Both the position numbers and the translations under genes were made by a program. From assembly GCA_041569895.1 (NCBI GenBank), contig JBFFXF010000003.1:1-62242 (forward strand): DNA of 62,242 nt. Reading direction: 5' to 3'. Under the pieces are notes generated by a model that was not told the DNA's origin, did not search any database, and was given only the letters and a program-made list of their open reading frames with translations. Source of the stretch: Planctomycetota bacterium (lineage in GTDB: Bacteria; Planctomycetota; UBA8108; JACQVS01). Below are positions 1 to 9,894 of the stretch, piece by piece; position 1 is the stretch's first letter; each line of letters begins with the position of its first letter.

Positions 1-14
1 CCACGGTCCACGAT

Positions 15-247
15 ACCGAGTCCGACTCCGATTCCGATACCGATTCCGATTCCGAGACCCGATACCGAGATCCGACTCCGACTCCGAGATCCCACGCTCA
101 TCCAAATCCCCTCTGCGTAATCTGCGCAATCTGCGTTCCAGGCAGAGTATCGCCCGTGGAGCCGAGCTGATCGGGCACGGGCACGGGCACGGGCACGGGA
201 ACGGGAACGGGAACGGGAACGGGGACGGGAACGGGGACGGGAACGGG
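15..247. repeat. Modular microsatellite element, copy 1
   Basis: (CCGAYT/CCGAGA)n at about 15-90, AATCTGCG units at about 112-137, twelve GGGVAC hexamers at 173-244; abuts the stop codon of the 249..1865 gene. Confidence 0.9.
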
Positions 248-248
248 A

Positions 249-1865
249 TCAACTTCTGCGAAATCCCCGGACCGTCTCGTACCCCCACACCAAAAAGAAC
301 ACCCCGAACTCCAGGCTCACCAGCCATCGATCATGGAAGTCCACGCCGCGGTCGAAGCTCGCGAAGCCGTCGGGGAGGGTGTAGTCAAACCAGAATCGCA
401 GGTAGTACACGAAGACGAGGCCCGTCATCAGGTACCACGACTTGCGGCGGGCGAAGGGCAGGAACGGGACGCACCACGCGAAGTACCAGGGGAAACCGAC
501 CGGCGAGAGGATGAAGAGCGCGGCGAGCACTGAGAACACGCTCGCGAGCACGCCTCTCGAGCCGGGGACTCGCTCGGAGCTCTCGGTCCGGTTGTCGCTC
601 CGGTCGTCCGGCGCGCCGGGCGGGTCACTCCGCAGGCGCCGGATCTCGTGCGCCGTGAACGCGAGGACGATGGCGGTGAACGTCACCCCGACGATCCACC
701 GCGCCGCTCGATTCGCCCAGTCGGCGTCCCCGGCGAACGCGCTCCCGATGGCCGCGAGGGTTCCGCGGATCCACATGAAGACGGCGTCGTGGTTCTCCCA
801 GGTGATCAGGAAGTGGCCGGTGACCTCGCCGAGGCGTCCCGCCGTGGCCCGGCCGATGAGAAGCGTCGTGCCGACCGCGACCGCGACGGTCGTGAACGCC
901 ACGGCGGGCGCAGCCCACGCCGATCGCGCCGGCGGCCCGGGCTCGCCGGAGGCCAGTCGCGAGCGCGCCAGGAGGATGAGCACGAACGGGAGCGTCGCGA
1001 GCGCGTAGTACTTCGCCAGGATGGCCGCCGCGAGCGCGAGCCCGGTGACCGCCGCGCGCCCCCGAAGCGCGGTGAGCACGGCCAGCATGAGGAAGAACGC
1101 CGGCACGGCGTCGACGTGGGCGGAGTTCGCGAACTCCTTGATCACCAGCGGGCACCACCCGTGGGCGAGCGCGAGCCCGCGCGGCAGACCGGTGCATCCG
1201 AGAAGGACTACAAGGAGCAGGAGCGTGCCGAGATCGAAGAGCGTCATCAGGACGCGTACGGCGAGGACCTGCCGGTCGACGTCGAGGCGATCCGGAAGCA
1301 GCCAGCCGAGGAGCGCGAACACCCCCTGCGCGGCCGGTGGGTAGATCGTTCTCAGCCCGGGATGGTTGACGCGCTCGAGAATGACGCGGTTCGCCGGCGA
1401 GGCGTCGCGGATCGCGAGCAGTCGCTCGAGGTCGCGATCCGCGTCCGGGTCGCCCGTGTCCGGGCGCTCCCCGGCCGCAAATCTCGCGATCTCATGCGGG
1501 CTGAAGCCGTAGGGATCGACTCCGGAGGCGACCACCTTCCCGTCCCAGAGATACCGATAGAAGTCGTCCTCCTGGATCGGCGAGGAGAGCAGCATGGTCG
1601 CGCGCAGCGCCACCGCGCCGAGCACGACGAACCACGCGGGCGGCGCGCCGCGACGCGTCGCCAGCAGGACGCTCGCGAGGTAGACGGCCGAGGCGACGCC
1701 GAACCAGCCGACGACCTCCGGAATCGGCCTCCGCGCATGGCCGACGCCGTGGACGAAACCGTCGGAGAGCTGGACGATCGCGAGCACGCAGCCCTCGAGC
1801 GCCAGAAGAAGGACCACCCAGAGCGCCGGGATCCGCCATGCTCCCGGGGTTATCGGCCGTGCCAC
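249..1865 (-). CDS. Multi-pass membrane glycosyltransferase (GT87/DUF2029-like)
   Basis: DDFYRYLWDG, TIYPP, AHVDA and PWY motifs with many hydrophobic segments; GTG start. Confidence 0.75.
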   Translation of the reverse strand: MARPITPGAWRIPALWVVLLLALEGCVLAIVQLSDGFVHGVGHARRPIPEVVGWFGVASAVYLASVLLATRRGAPPAWFVVLGAVALRATMLLSSPIQEDDFYRYLWDGKVVASGVDPYGFSPHEIARFAAGERPDTGDPDADRDLERLLAIRDASPANRVILERVNHPGLRTIYPPAAQGVFALLGWLLPDRLDVDRQVLAVRVLMTLFDLGTLLLLVVLLGCTGLPRGLALAHGWCPLVIKEFANSAHVDAVPAFFLMLAVLTALRGRAAVTGLALAAAILAKYYALATLPFVLILLARSRLASGEPGPPARSAWAAPAVAFTTVAVAVGTTLLIGRATAGRLGEVTGHFLITWENHDAVFMWIRGTLAAIGSAFAGDADWANRAARWIVGVTFTAIVLAFTAHEIRRLRSDPPGAPDDRSDNRTESSERVPGSRGVLASVFSVLAALFILSPVGFPWYFAWCVPFLPFARRKSWYLMTGLVFVYYLRFWFDYTLPDGFASFDRGVDFHDRWLVSLEFGVFFLVWGYETVRGFRRS

Positions 1866-2022
1866 GGGTCAACTCCGTTCAGTGCTGTCTGCGCGGCTCG
1901 AAGATCTGAATCCACAAGGTATAATACAAATGTCGCCGAGGCTCGACACGAGCGATCAGTCGAGCGCCAGCCGGGCCCGGTTCGACCGAATCGAGAACTC
2001 CAGCGAAAGGCAGTGAAAGCTC

Positions 2023-3945
2023 ATGACGAGGCCGAAGACCGCGGACGGAGTACCGGATCGAAATGAGGCCATGGAGGTCGCGGAGGCGTCCCGCGAGACG
2101 GAGTGGTCGCATCCGAGCTTCGCGGCCGAGCTCTTCGCGGGCAGCTTCCGTCCCGATCTCCTGATTCCGTATCCCGAACAGCCGATGGACGACCGCCGGA
2201 TCGGCGACGAGTTCCTCGCGAAGCTGGAAGCGTTCCTCCGCGAGAACGTCCACCCGGACGAGATCGACCGCACCGGCGAGGTCCCCGATCACGTCGTCAA
2301 GGGCCTGGCCGAACTCGGCTGCTTCGGCATGAAGATCCCGAAGGAGTACGGCGGGCTCGGGTTCTCGCAGGTGAACTACAACCGGGCGATCCAGATGATC
2401 GCCAGCCACTGCGGCTCGACCGCCGTGTGGATCTCCGCGCACCAGTCGATCGGCGTGCCGCAGCCGCTGAAGCTGTTCGGCACTCCCGAGCAGAAGAAGA
2501 AGTACCTGCCGCGCCTCGCCAAGGGCGCCATCTCGGCGTTCGCGCTGACCGAGCCGGACGTCGGATCCGACCCGGCGCGGATGTCGACCCTCGCCGAGCC
2601 GACCGAGGACGGCGAGCACTATATACTCAACGGCGAGAAGCTCTGGTGCACCAACGGCCCGGTCGCCGAGATCATCGTCGTCATGGCGCGGACTCCGTCG
2701 ATCATGGTCGACGGCAAGGAGCGCAAGCAGATCACGGCCTTCATCGTCGAGACCGACACGCCCGGCTTCGAGGTCGTCCACCGCTGCGATTTCATGGGCA
2801 TCCGCGCGATCCAGAACGGCCTGCTGCGCTTCAACGACGTCAAGGTGCCGAAGGAGAACGTCATCTGGGGCCTCGGCAAGGGGCTGAAGCTGGCGCTCAT
2901 CACGCTGAACACCGGACGGCTCACCGTCCCGGCCGCGTGCACCGGCATGGCGCGCCAGTGCGTCCGCATCGTGCGTCGCTGGTGCAACCAGCGCGAGCAG
3001 TGGGGCGGGCCGATCGGCAAGCATGACGTGATGGCCGACAAGATCGCGTACATCACCTCGCACACCTTCGCCATGGACGCGGTGACGTGGTACACGAGCG
3101 GGCTCGCCGACCGCGGCGACGCGGACATCCGGATCGAGGCGGCGCTCGCGAAGCTCTTCTGCACCGAGACCGCCTGGACGATCGCCGATGAGACCGTGCA
3201 GGCGCGCGGCGGACGCGGCTACGAGACCGCCGAGTCGCTGCGCGCTCGCGGCGAGGAGGGCGTGCCGGTCGAGCGCATGCTCCGGGACACGCGAATCAAC
3301 CGGATCATCGAGGGGACCAGCGAGATCATGCGCCTCTTCATCGCGCGCGAGGCCCTCGACTTCCACATGCGCGACCTGCTGCCCCTGCTGAACCCGAGGA
3401 GCAAGCTCGGCGCCAAGCTCGGCGCCATGCTCTCGGTGATGCCGAAGTACACGGCGTGGTATCCGCGACGCTGGGTGCACTGGACGTTGCCGCCGAAGCA
3501 CGATCAGGTCGGCAGTCGCCTCGCGAAGCACCTCCGGTTCATCGATCGCCGCGGGCACAAGCTCGGCCGCACGATCTTTCACGCCATGGGCGTCCACCGG
3601 GCGCGGCTCGAAAAGCGCCAGCGCGTCCTGGCGCGCATCGTCGACATTGGCGTCGACCTCTTCGCCATGTCGGTGGCCTGCGCCTACGCGAGCCACCTCT
3701 CGCGCCAGAACCCCAAGAACCGGTCCCCGGAGGACCTCGCCGACCTCTTCTGCCGCACAGCGCGACGCCGCGTCGACCTCGCCTTCCGCCGCGTCTGGCG
3801 AAACGACGACAAGGTGTCGTACCGCCTGGCCCGTGACGTCCTCGAGGGCAAGCACCTCTGGCTCGAGGGCAGCGTCGTCACCCCGACCGAGGAAGTCGTC
3901 GAGGAAACCGAAGCGCTGGCGGCGCCGGTGCCGCAGGAGAAGTAG
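2023..3945 (+). CDS. Acyl-CoA dehydrogenase (long form)
   Basis: IPKEYGGLG, FALTEPDVGSD, NGEKLWCTNG, GGRGY and RIIEGTSEI motifs. Confidence 0.95.
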   Translation: MTRPKTADGVPDRNEAMEVAEASRETEWSHPSFAAELFAGSFRPDLLIPYPEQPMDDRRIGDEFLAKLEAFLRENVHPDEIDRTGEVPDHVVKGLAELGCFGMKIPKEYGGLGFSQVNYNRAIQMIASHCGSTAVWISAHQSIGVPQPLKLFGTPEQKKKYLPRLAKGAISAFALTEPDVGSDPARMSTLAEPTEDGEHYILNGEKLWCTNGPVAEIIVVMARTPSIMVDGKERKQITAFIVETDTPGFEVVHRCDFMGIRAIQNGLLRFNDVKVPKENVIWGLGKGLKLALITLNTGRLTVPAACTGMARQCVRIVRRWCNQREQWGGPIGKHDVMADKIAYITSHTFAMDAVTWYTSGLADRGDADIRIEAALAKLFCTETAWTIADETVQARGGRGYETAESLRARGEEGVPVERMLRDTRINRIIEGTSEIMRLFIAREALDFHMRDLLPLLNPRSKLGAKLGAMLSVMPKYTAWYPRRWVHWTLPPKHDQVGSRLAKHLRFIDRRGHKLGRTIFHAMGVHRARLEKRQRVLARIVDIGVDLFAMSVACAYASHLSRQNPKNRSPEDLADLFCRTARRRVDLAFRRVWRNDDKVSYRLARDVLEGKHLWLEGSVVTPTEEVVEETEALAAPVPQEK

Positions 3946-3979
3946 CGGGCGAAGGCGGCGACGCGAAAGGTCGGCGAAC

Positions 3980-4365
3980 AGTCCGCGGAGTGCGCAGATC
4001 GGTAAAACGGTCCGCAGATTACGCAGATAAAGAGATCAGCCCCCGTCCGGTCTCTGATCTCTGTCCTCGGATCTCTGTACTCGGATCTCGGATCTCTGAC
4101 TCGGATCTCGGTCTCGGAATCGGAGTCGGAATCGGAGTCGGTCATCGGAATCGGAATCGGAATCGGTCATCGGAGTCGGTATCGGAGTCGGCCATCCGAC
4201 TCCGCAACGAGAGCCTTCGAGGACGGGTACGGGCACGGGAACGGGGACGGGTACGGGAACGGGTTTTTGCAACGTTGGGGTCTCGGAGTCCCTATCGGTC
4301 TCCCTCCCCGGTCCCGGTCGACGGTGCCATTCGACGTCGCTCGAGGACGAGGGACGAGGACGAGC
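3980..4365 (-). repeat. Modular microsatellite element, copy 2
   Basis: On the minus strand: CGTTGCAAAAA, (CCCGTN)n, CCTCGAAGGCTC, (CCGAYT)n, GAGATCC/GAGATCA heptamers, ATCTGCG units; collinear with copy 3. Confidence 0.9.
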
Positions 4366-4568
4366 GAAGCGGCCGCCCTACCGTTCCCCAAACCGCCCCG
4401 ACCCGCTGCGCGATAATGAGCAATCGCATGCCTGTCAGGGCTCCCGATGCGCGCAGGCGTGCAATCACCGTCCGCGGGCCGTGCCAAGATTCTCTATGGT
4501 GCGGCCATCACCCTTGTTACAATTTTCGTTGTGGGGTACGAGGGCAGGCAGAACGGTGGGGTGTTCTC

Positions 4569-5057
4569 ATGAGCGAACAGGAGGCTTCGGCCGGCGGGTC
4601 GCGGTTCTTCGAAGACTACAGGATCGGAGAAAAAGTCCGCAGTGGCGAGCGCCGGATCTCGGCGAAGGAGCGGGAGAGCTATCTCTCGATCGCCGGGATC
4701 AACAGTCCGCTCTACAGGGACAGCTACCACGCGCGGGAGCATGGCCACCGGGATCGGGTCGTCCCGGAGCTGCTCGTCCTGTCGGTCGTCCAGTCGCTGC
4801 TCGAGCAGGAAAGCCTCATGGGAGGCTCGACCACGCTCGTCGGAATCGATGACTTGCTCTTCACGCACCCCGTGCACGACAATGACTCGATCCACGCCGA
4901 GCTGCGAATCGAGGAGCTCAAGCTGACCTCGGACCCCGCCCGTGGCATGGTCGCGGTCAGCGCGGCAGTCCTCAACCAGCACGGGCGGCAGGTCGTGCGC
5001 GCCACGATCAAGCTCCTCGTCGCGGTTCGCAATCGGCGACTCGAGCACACGAACTGA
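4569..5057 (+). CDS. MaoC/PaaZ-like hotdog-fold dehydratase
   Basis: FFEDYRIG N-terminus, LLFTHPVHDND and VLNQHG; start moved to ATG 4569 because the upstream ORF part is repeat DNA. Confidence 0.8.
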   Translation: MSEQEASAGGSRFFEDYRIGEKVRSGERRISAKERESYLSIAGINSPLYRDSYHAREHGHRDRVVPELLVLSVVQSLLEQESLMGGSTTLVGIDDLLFTHPVHDNDSIHAELRIEELKLTSDPARGMVAVSAAVLNQHGRQVVRATIKLLVAVRNRRLEHTN

Positions 5058-5111
5058 ACCCCGCTCCATACTCACGCGCATCGAGCACGGCAGCGACTCG
5101 AACGAGGAATC

Positions 5112-5906
5112 ATGAAGAAGAACTCCGTCCGACACGCGCTCCGGCGTGGTGACACGCAGGTCGGCACCTGGCTCTCACTCGCCAGTCCGCTCTCGGCGCG
5201 ATTCATGTCGCGCATCGGCTTTCACTGGCTGACCGTCGACATCGAGCACAGCCCGGTCAACTGGGAGAGCGCCGCGATGATGTTCGCGACCATCGCCGAC
5301 GCCGGCTGCGTGCCGCTGGCGCGGGTGCCCTGCAACGCGCACGACCACATCAAGCGCGCGCTCGATTCGGGCGCGCAGGGGATCGTCGTCCCGATGGTCT
5401 GCACGCCCGAGGAGGCGGAGCGGGCCGTGAAGGCGGCGCGCTATCACCCGCTCGGCAACCGCAGCGTCGGCGGCAGCCTGCACGCGCTGACCTTCGACTG
5501 CACCCCCGCCGAGTACTACGCGAACGCCAATGACGAGATCCTCGTCGTGTTGCAGGCGGAGCACGTCACGGCGGTCGAGAACGCCGAGAAGATCTACTCG
5601 ATCCCGGGAATCGACGCGATGTTCATCGGGCCGAACGACCTGCTGAGCTCGATGGGCAAGACCCCGCGCATGGAGAGTGACGACCGCGAGTTCGTCGACG
5701 CGCTGCGGCACCTGCGGGAGACCGCGGTCAGTCATGGCGTCGCCCCCGGACTCCACGTCGGCGACGCCGAGATGGCCCGGCGGCGCATCGACGAGGGCTG
5801 GCGCTTCATCGCCGTCCAGAGCGACCTGGCGCTGATGCTGACGGCGGCTCGCGGCGTGGTCAGCGACCTGGATCTCGGGGGCGGTCGGGAAGCGGCCCGG
5901 TATTGA
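5112..5906 (+). CDS. HpcH/HpaI family aldolase
   Basis: DIEHSP, KRALDSGAQGIVVPMV, PLGNRS and FIGPNDL motifs; GAGG upstream. Confidence 0.92.
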   Translation: MKKNSVRHALRRGDTQVGTWLSLASPLSARFMSRIGFHWLTVDIEHSPVNWESAAMMFATIADAGCVPLARVPCNAHDHIKRALDSGAQGIVVPMVCTPEEAERAVKAARYHPLGNRSVGGSLHALTFDCTPAEYYANANDEILVVLQAEHVTAVENAEKIYSIPGIDAMFIGPNDLLSSMGKTPRMESDDREFVDALRHLRETAVSHGVAPGLHVGDAEMARRRIDEGWRFIAVQSDLALMLTAARGVVSDLDLGGGREAARY

Positions 5907-7614
5907 CGGCGGGATCCCGGGCGAGGTTGGCGATGACGCGGAGACGCCGGCGCACGCGGTACTCGCCCAGATCCTGGAAGTGCTCCAGCCTGTCGACGAA
6001 CGCGTCCCCGTCGCGAGCCTTGTAGACGAGCACCACCGGTCGCGAGCGGTCGCGGAAGAGCTCGACCAGCCGGTCGATCGAGGTGACGTTCTCCAGACGT
6101 TCCTCGAGGTAGTACGAGATGGCGGCCTCCTCGCGCGCGACGGCGTCCTCGCTGGAGAGGGGGAAGTGCAGGAGGATCCCGTAGCCGTCGCGTCGAAGCG
6201 ACTCGAGCGCCCGGCAGAGGTCGATGTAGGACTCCCGGCCGTTGCGGGCGCGAAAGTAGACCCCGCTGACCGCGCCCAGCGCGCAGAGAAGCAGCGCGAG
6301 CGAGTACCACGCGGGACGCGCCGCATCGGGAGATTCGCCGCCGTTCCGCCTGCCGCGCACGAGGCGGTACGCCAGCGCGAGCGAGAGCAGCAGGAACAGC
6401 CACACGCTCGCCGGAAGCGGCGCGGCCCAGGCGCCTCCGAGCAACGCGGCGACCAGCACGGCGAGCGACGCCACCGCAGCGACGACGAACGAGATCACCC
6501 GCACCACGCGGTGCGAGAGCCGCGCGTCGAGCCAGAGCGCCGACGCCACCGCGACCGCTGGGGTGATGGGCAGCAGGTAGATCTCGCGCTTGGAGCCCGA
6601 CGCCAGTACCAGCGCGAACGGCAGGACGATCCACCAGAGCAGCCCCTCCTCGAGTCGAGAGCGCGCGGGCCGGTCCGCACCCGACCGGGCCCATCCCGCC
6701 CGCGCGCGCTGGATGAACGCGACCGCGGGCACCGGCAGCCACGGCAGCAGCACCGAGGGCCCGCGGTGGAGGAACTCCAGCACCGGCGGGTTGTGGATGT
6801 CGCGGCGCGTGAAGCGCCCGATGGTGTTGTCGAGGAGCAGCTCGCGGAGGAGCTCGGGATCGACCGACGCCAGCGCGATCGGCCACGGCGCCGCAACCAG
6901 CAAGGCAACCGCGAGCGCCACACCGGCTCGTGCCAGCGCGTGCACTCGGAGCAGCCTCGACGGGAAGCGGATCGCCAGCGCGACGACCACCAGGCCGACG
7001 TAGGCGGCGCCGACGAGGTTCTTGGCGAGGAACGAGCAGCCGATCGCCGCACCGAGCGCCACCGCGCTCCCCCACCGCATGCGTTCGCCGTCCGGCAGCG
7101 TCACGAAGTCGATGACACCGACCATCGCGAGGGTCACGAAGAAGGTAAGCGACGTGTCGACGATGGCGCGCTGGTGGCCCACGAAGAACTCGACGGTGGT
7201 CACGAGGAGCACGACGGCGAGCAGCGCGGCGCGCCTCCCCGCCCAGCGGGAGACCGTGGTGAACACCAGGGCCAGCGTGGCGAGGCCGAACGCGATCGAC
7301 GGCAGTCGCGGCACCCAGTCGTGCCCGTAACCGTGTCCGAGGACCGCCATGCTGGCGGCGATCAGCCACACCTGCAGCGGCGGCTGCTCGACGAACGGAT
7401 CGCCGTTGACGCGCGGGACGAGCCAGTCGCCGGTGACCAGCATCTCGCGGGCGACGTGGGCGAGCCGCGGCTCATCGGGATTCCACAGGTCGCGCGAGAA
7501 CGCCGGCAGGAGCAGCACGAGAATGACGAGAACGGAGAGCCCCAGCAGGGTGTCAGGCTGCACGGGACGCGCGGGCCCCGATCGGTCGACCGGGTCGTCC
7601 CGGTCCTCACGCAT
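5860..7614 (-). CDS. ArnT/GT39-family membrane glycosyltransferase
   Basis: PDEPR...AREM..GDWLVP..NG..F.EQPPL, RLPS and SKREIYLLP; ATG 7614 overlaps the upstream stop. Confidence 0.85.
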   Translation of the reverse strand: MREDRDDPVDRSGPARPVQPDTLLGLSVLVILVLLLPAFSRDLWNPDEPRLAHVAREMLVTGDWLVPRVNGDPFVEQPPLQVWLIAASMAVLGHGYGHDWVPRLPSIAFGLATLALVFTTVSRWAGRRAALLAVVLLVTTVEFFVGHQRAIVDTSLTFFVTLAMVGVIDFVTLPDGERMRWGSAVALGAAIGCSFLAKNLVGAAYVGLVVVALAIRFPSRLLRVHALARAGVALAVALLVAAPWPIALASVDPELLRELLLDNTIGRFTRRDIHNPPVLEFLHRGPSVLLPWLPVPAVAFIQRARAGWARSGADRPARSRLEEGLLWWIVLPFALVLASGSKREIYLLPITPAVAVASALWLDARLSHRVVRVISFVVAAVASLAVLVAALLGGAWAAPLPASVWLFLLLSLALAYRLVRGRRNGGESPDAARPAWYSLALLLCALGAVSGVYFRARNGRESYIDLCRALESLRRDGYGILLHFPLSSEDAVAREEAAISYYLEERLENVTSIDRLVELFRDRSRPVVLVYKARDGDAFVDRLEHFQDLGEYRVRRRLRVIANLARDPAVNTGPLPDRPRDPGR

Positions 7615-8776
7615 GCCAGTCGACGACGCGCCCCGTGTCGAGCGCCTCGAGGCAGAGCAGGGCGGACACCGTCGCCTCGAAGCCGACGTCGGCGCCGGCG
7701 CGTGACTCCTCGCCGCGCCGCACGTGGTCGACGAAGCTCTCGACCGCGATCCTCGTGTCGTTACCGCCCGGCGCCCCGAGCGAGACCGTCTTGCCGCTCC
7801 GGTCCCACGCGAGGCCGTTCCAGAGATCGATGCCAAGCCGCGTCCCGAAGACGAGCTCGTACACGCCCGAGAAGCGCCGGTCGGGAATCGCGTACGACAC
7901 CTGACTGTAGCTCACCTTGCCGCCGCAGGGGTACTCGAGCGTCAGTCCGTAGTGATCGCGGATGGTGCGGCCGGGCGGCTCGTCGACGAAACGGTTGGTG
8001 CCGCCGAAACCGCAGGCCCTCGCGGGGTGCGCGTCGAAGACCCAGTTGCAGACGTCGAGCTGGTGACAGGATTGCTCGAGGAGGAGGTCGCCCGATTTCT
8101 CGCGCTGGTAGTACCAGGCCTTCCGCCCCGCCGGATCGCCGAGGTTGTGCCACTGCGCGCGCACGAAGAGAATCTCTCCGGCGCGACCGCTGCGGATCGC
8201 CTCGATGCCGGCGAGGTACCGCGGGTTGTAGCGCCGCTGAAACCCGAGCTGGAACACCTGCCCGCGCTCGCGTCCGCGACGGGCCTCGTCGCGAATCTCC
8301 GTGCTCTCGGCGAGCGTCAGCCCCATCGGCTTCTCGAGATAGACGTGCGCGCCGGCGCGCAACGCGGCGACCGCGTGCTCCGCATGGCGGAACGGGGGCG
8401 TCGCGATCACGATGGCGTCGAGCGCTCCACGGTCGACGAGCTCGAGGAGCCGCTCGGCGCTCTCGGTCACGAGCGGCTGCGAGTCCGGCGCGCGCTGTCG
8501 GACGACGTCGAGCGCGCGTGCGCGGTTCGGTGGCGCGACGTCGGCGATCGCCGCCGCCCGGACCCCCTCGCAGCCGAGAAACGCCGGCAGGAGCTGCAGG
8601 CCGCGCTCGCCGACGCCGAGGAAGCCGACGCGCAGCTCCGCCGCCCCGTGCGCGGCGCCGCCACGAGAGACGCCGAGCCCGAAGGACGCTCCCGCGATGC
8701 CGGCGGAACGGACGAGGAACTGCCGGCGGGAGAGGTCGCTCTGCCTGGGGGCATCTGGCGTCATGTCGTCGGTCAT
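7607..8776 (-). CDS. Gfo/Idh/MocA oxidoreductase with Tat signal
   Basis: SRRQFL twin-arginine motif, GVGERG, IATP, EKPM, GFQRR, HQLD. Confidence 0.9.
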   Translation of the reverse strand: MTDDMTPDAPRQSDLSRRQFLVRSAGIAGASFGLGVSRGGAAHGAAELRVGFLGVGERGLQLLPAFLGCEGVRAAAIADVAPPNRARALDVVRQRAPDSQPLVTESAERLLELVDRGALDAIVIATPPFRHAEHAVAALRAGAHVYLEKPMGLTLAESTEIRDEARRGRERGQVFQLGFQRRYNPRYLAGIEAIRSGRAGEILFVRAQWHNLGDPAGRKAWYYQREKSGDLLLEQSCHQLDVCNWVFDAHPARACGFGGTNRFVDEPPGRTIRDHYGLTLEYPCGGKVSYSQVSYAIPDRRFSGVYELVFGTRLGIDLWNGLAWDRSGKTVSLGAPGGNDTRIAVESFVDHVRRGEESRAGADVGFEATVSALLCLEALDTGRVVDWHA

Positions 8777-8882
8777 TGCTCGCGATCAAACGGCTTCGTG
8801 AGAACAGCCCGAGTCCGGCTGGCGAACCGCCGCCACCCGGTCGAATCGTTATTCTTACCAGAGATTCCAGTACATTTCCATC

Positions 8883-9815
8883 GTGCTGACCCGATGCTCC
8901 CTCCCGACACGGCTGCTCGCCCTCGCCCTGCTCGCGGTCGTCGCGGCCTCGTGCAGCCGCGGGCCGTGGCGGCGGTCGCTCATCACATCGAGTGGCGGCA
9001 TGGCGCTCTACCGCGAGCGTCGCTTCGATGCCGAGGGCAAGCAGATGCCCCTGGGGCACGCTCACCCGATCGAGCTCAGCTCCGAGAACGTGCGCCGGAT
9101 CCTGTCGGGACTGACGTACTCGCGAGAGCGGCTGATCCTGGACGACGAGGCCGGCCCGGTTTTCAGCGCGCGCGAGCTCGCCCTCATCGCGACGCCGCTG
9201 GCGCTGGCGCTCCGCGAGCTCTCGAGCGACGAACGCCTGCGATTCCTGACGGTGACCGAGCGACGGAGTCTCGTGCTCGGAGGGCAGGTCGGCACGTCCG
9301 GCGTGATCTTCGCGGGCGCTCCCGGCGAGGTGAACATCGTCTTCGACATGCTCCGCGACGGCGTCAACGTCGGCGACGGGAACGCCGAACGGATCCGATT
9401 TCCGGACGATCCGGTCGAGGTGCGTGACCCGCCGTTTCGGCTCGTCGCGCTCCCCGAGGCGCCCGTGAGCGCGCAGCCACGGGCGAACTGGGTGGTGGTC
9501 GATCCCTCCGCCGCGCCGCGGCCGGTCGTCCAGAGGCCGCCGGAGACCGCCCCCGGGCCACCCCCGACGCCTGTCGCGGACCCGCCCGAGACGGCGCCGA
9601 CCACCGCGCCGCCAGCGGAAGACGCGGTGACGTTTCCCTACAAGGGGTTCACGGTGGTCCGGTACGCCGGGAGGTTCTACGGCATCGCGGCCTCCGAGGG
9701 GCCCTTCGATCCGGAGAAGCTCCGAAAAGGCGAGTACAAGACGCTCTTCGAGCGCGCCTCGATCGAGAAGGTGATCGAGAGCGTCGACGCCCTCATCGAC
9801 AGCGTCCGCGACTGA
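8883..9815 (+). CDS. Hypothetical lipoprotein
   Basis: Hydrophobic leader ending VAASC, Pro/Thr-rich linker, small C-terminal domain. Confidence 0.65.
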   Translation: MLTRCSLPTRLLALALLAVVAASCSRGPWRRSLITSSGGMALYRERRFDAEGKQMPLGHAHPIELSSENVRRILSGLTYSRERLILDDEAGPVFSARELALIATPLALALRELSSDERLRFLTVTERRSLVLGGQVGTSGVIFAGAPGEVNIVFDMLRDGVNVGDGNAERIRFPDDPVEVRDPPFRLVALPEAPVSAQPRANWVVVDPSAAPRPVVQRPPETAPGPPPTPVADPPETAPTTAPPAEDAVTFPYKGFTVVRYAGRFYGIAASEGPFDPEKLRKGEYKTLFERASIEKVIESVDALIDSVRD

Positions 9816-9894
9816 CCGAACAGCGCCGCGCGATCGACCCGACGAGCGCCCCGAGGCGTGGAGTTTCTGGAGTTACGGTGCCGATAGAAGGGTC

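Noticed and set aside
3684-4487. ORFs with SDSDSD, PVPVPV, RERERE or GNGNGN tracts here and near 11362, 45925, 47891, 54775 and 60572
   Set aside because: Translations of the intergenic hexamer arrays, which stay open in several frames; not Sdr-like proteins
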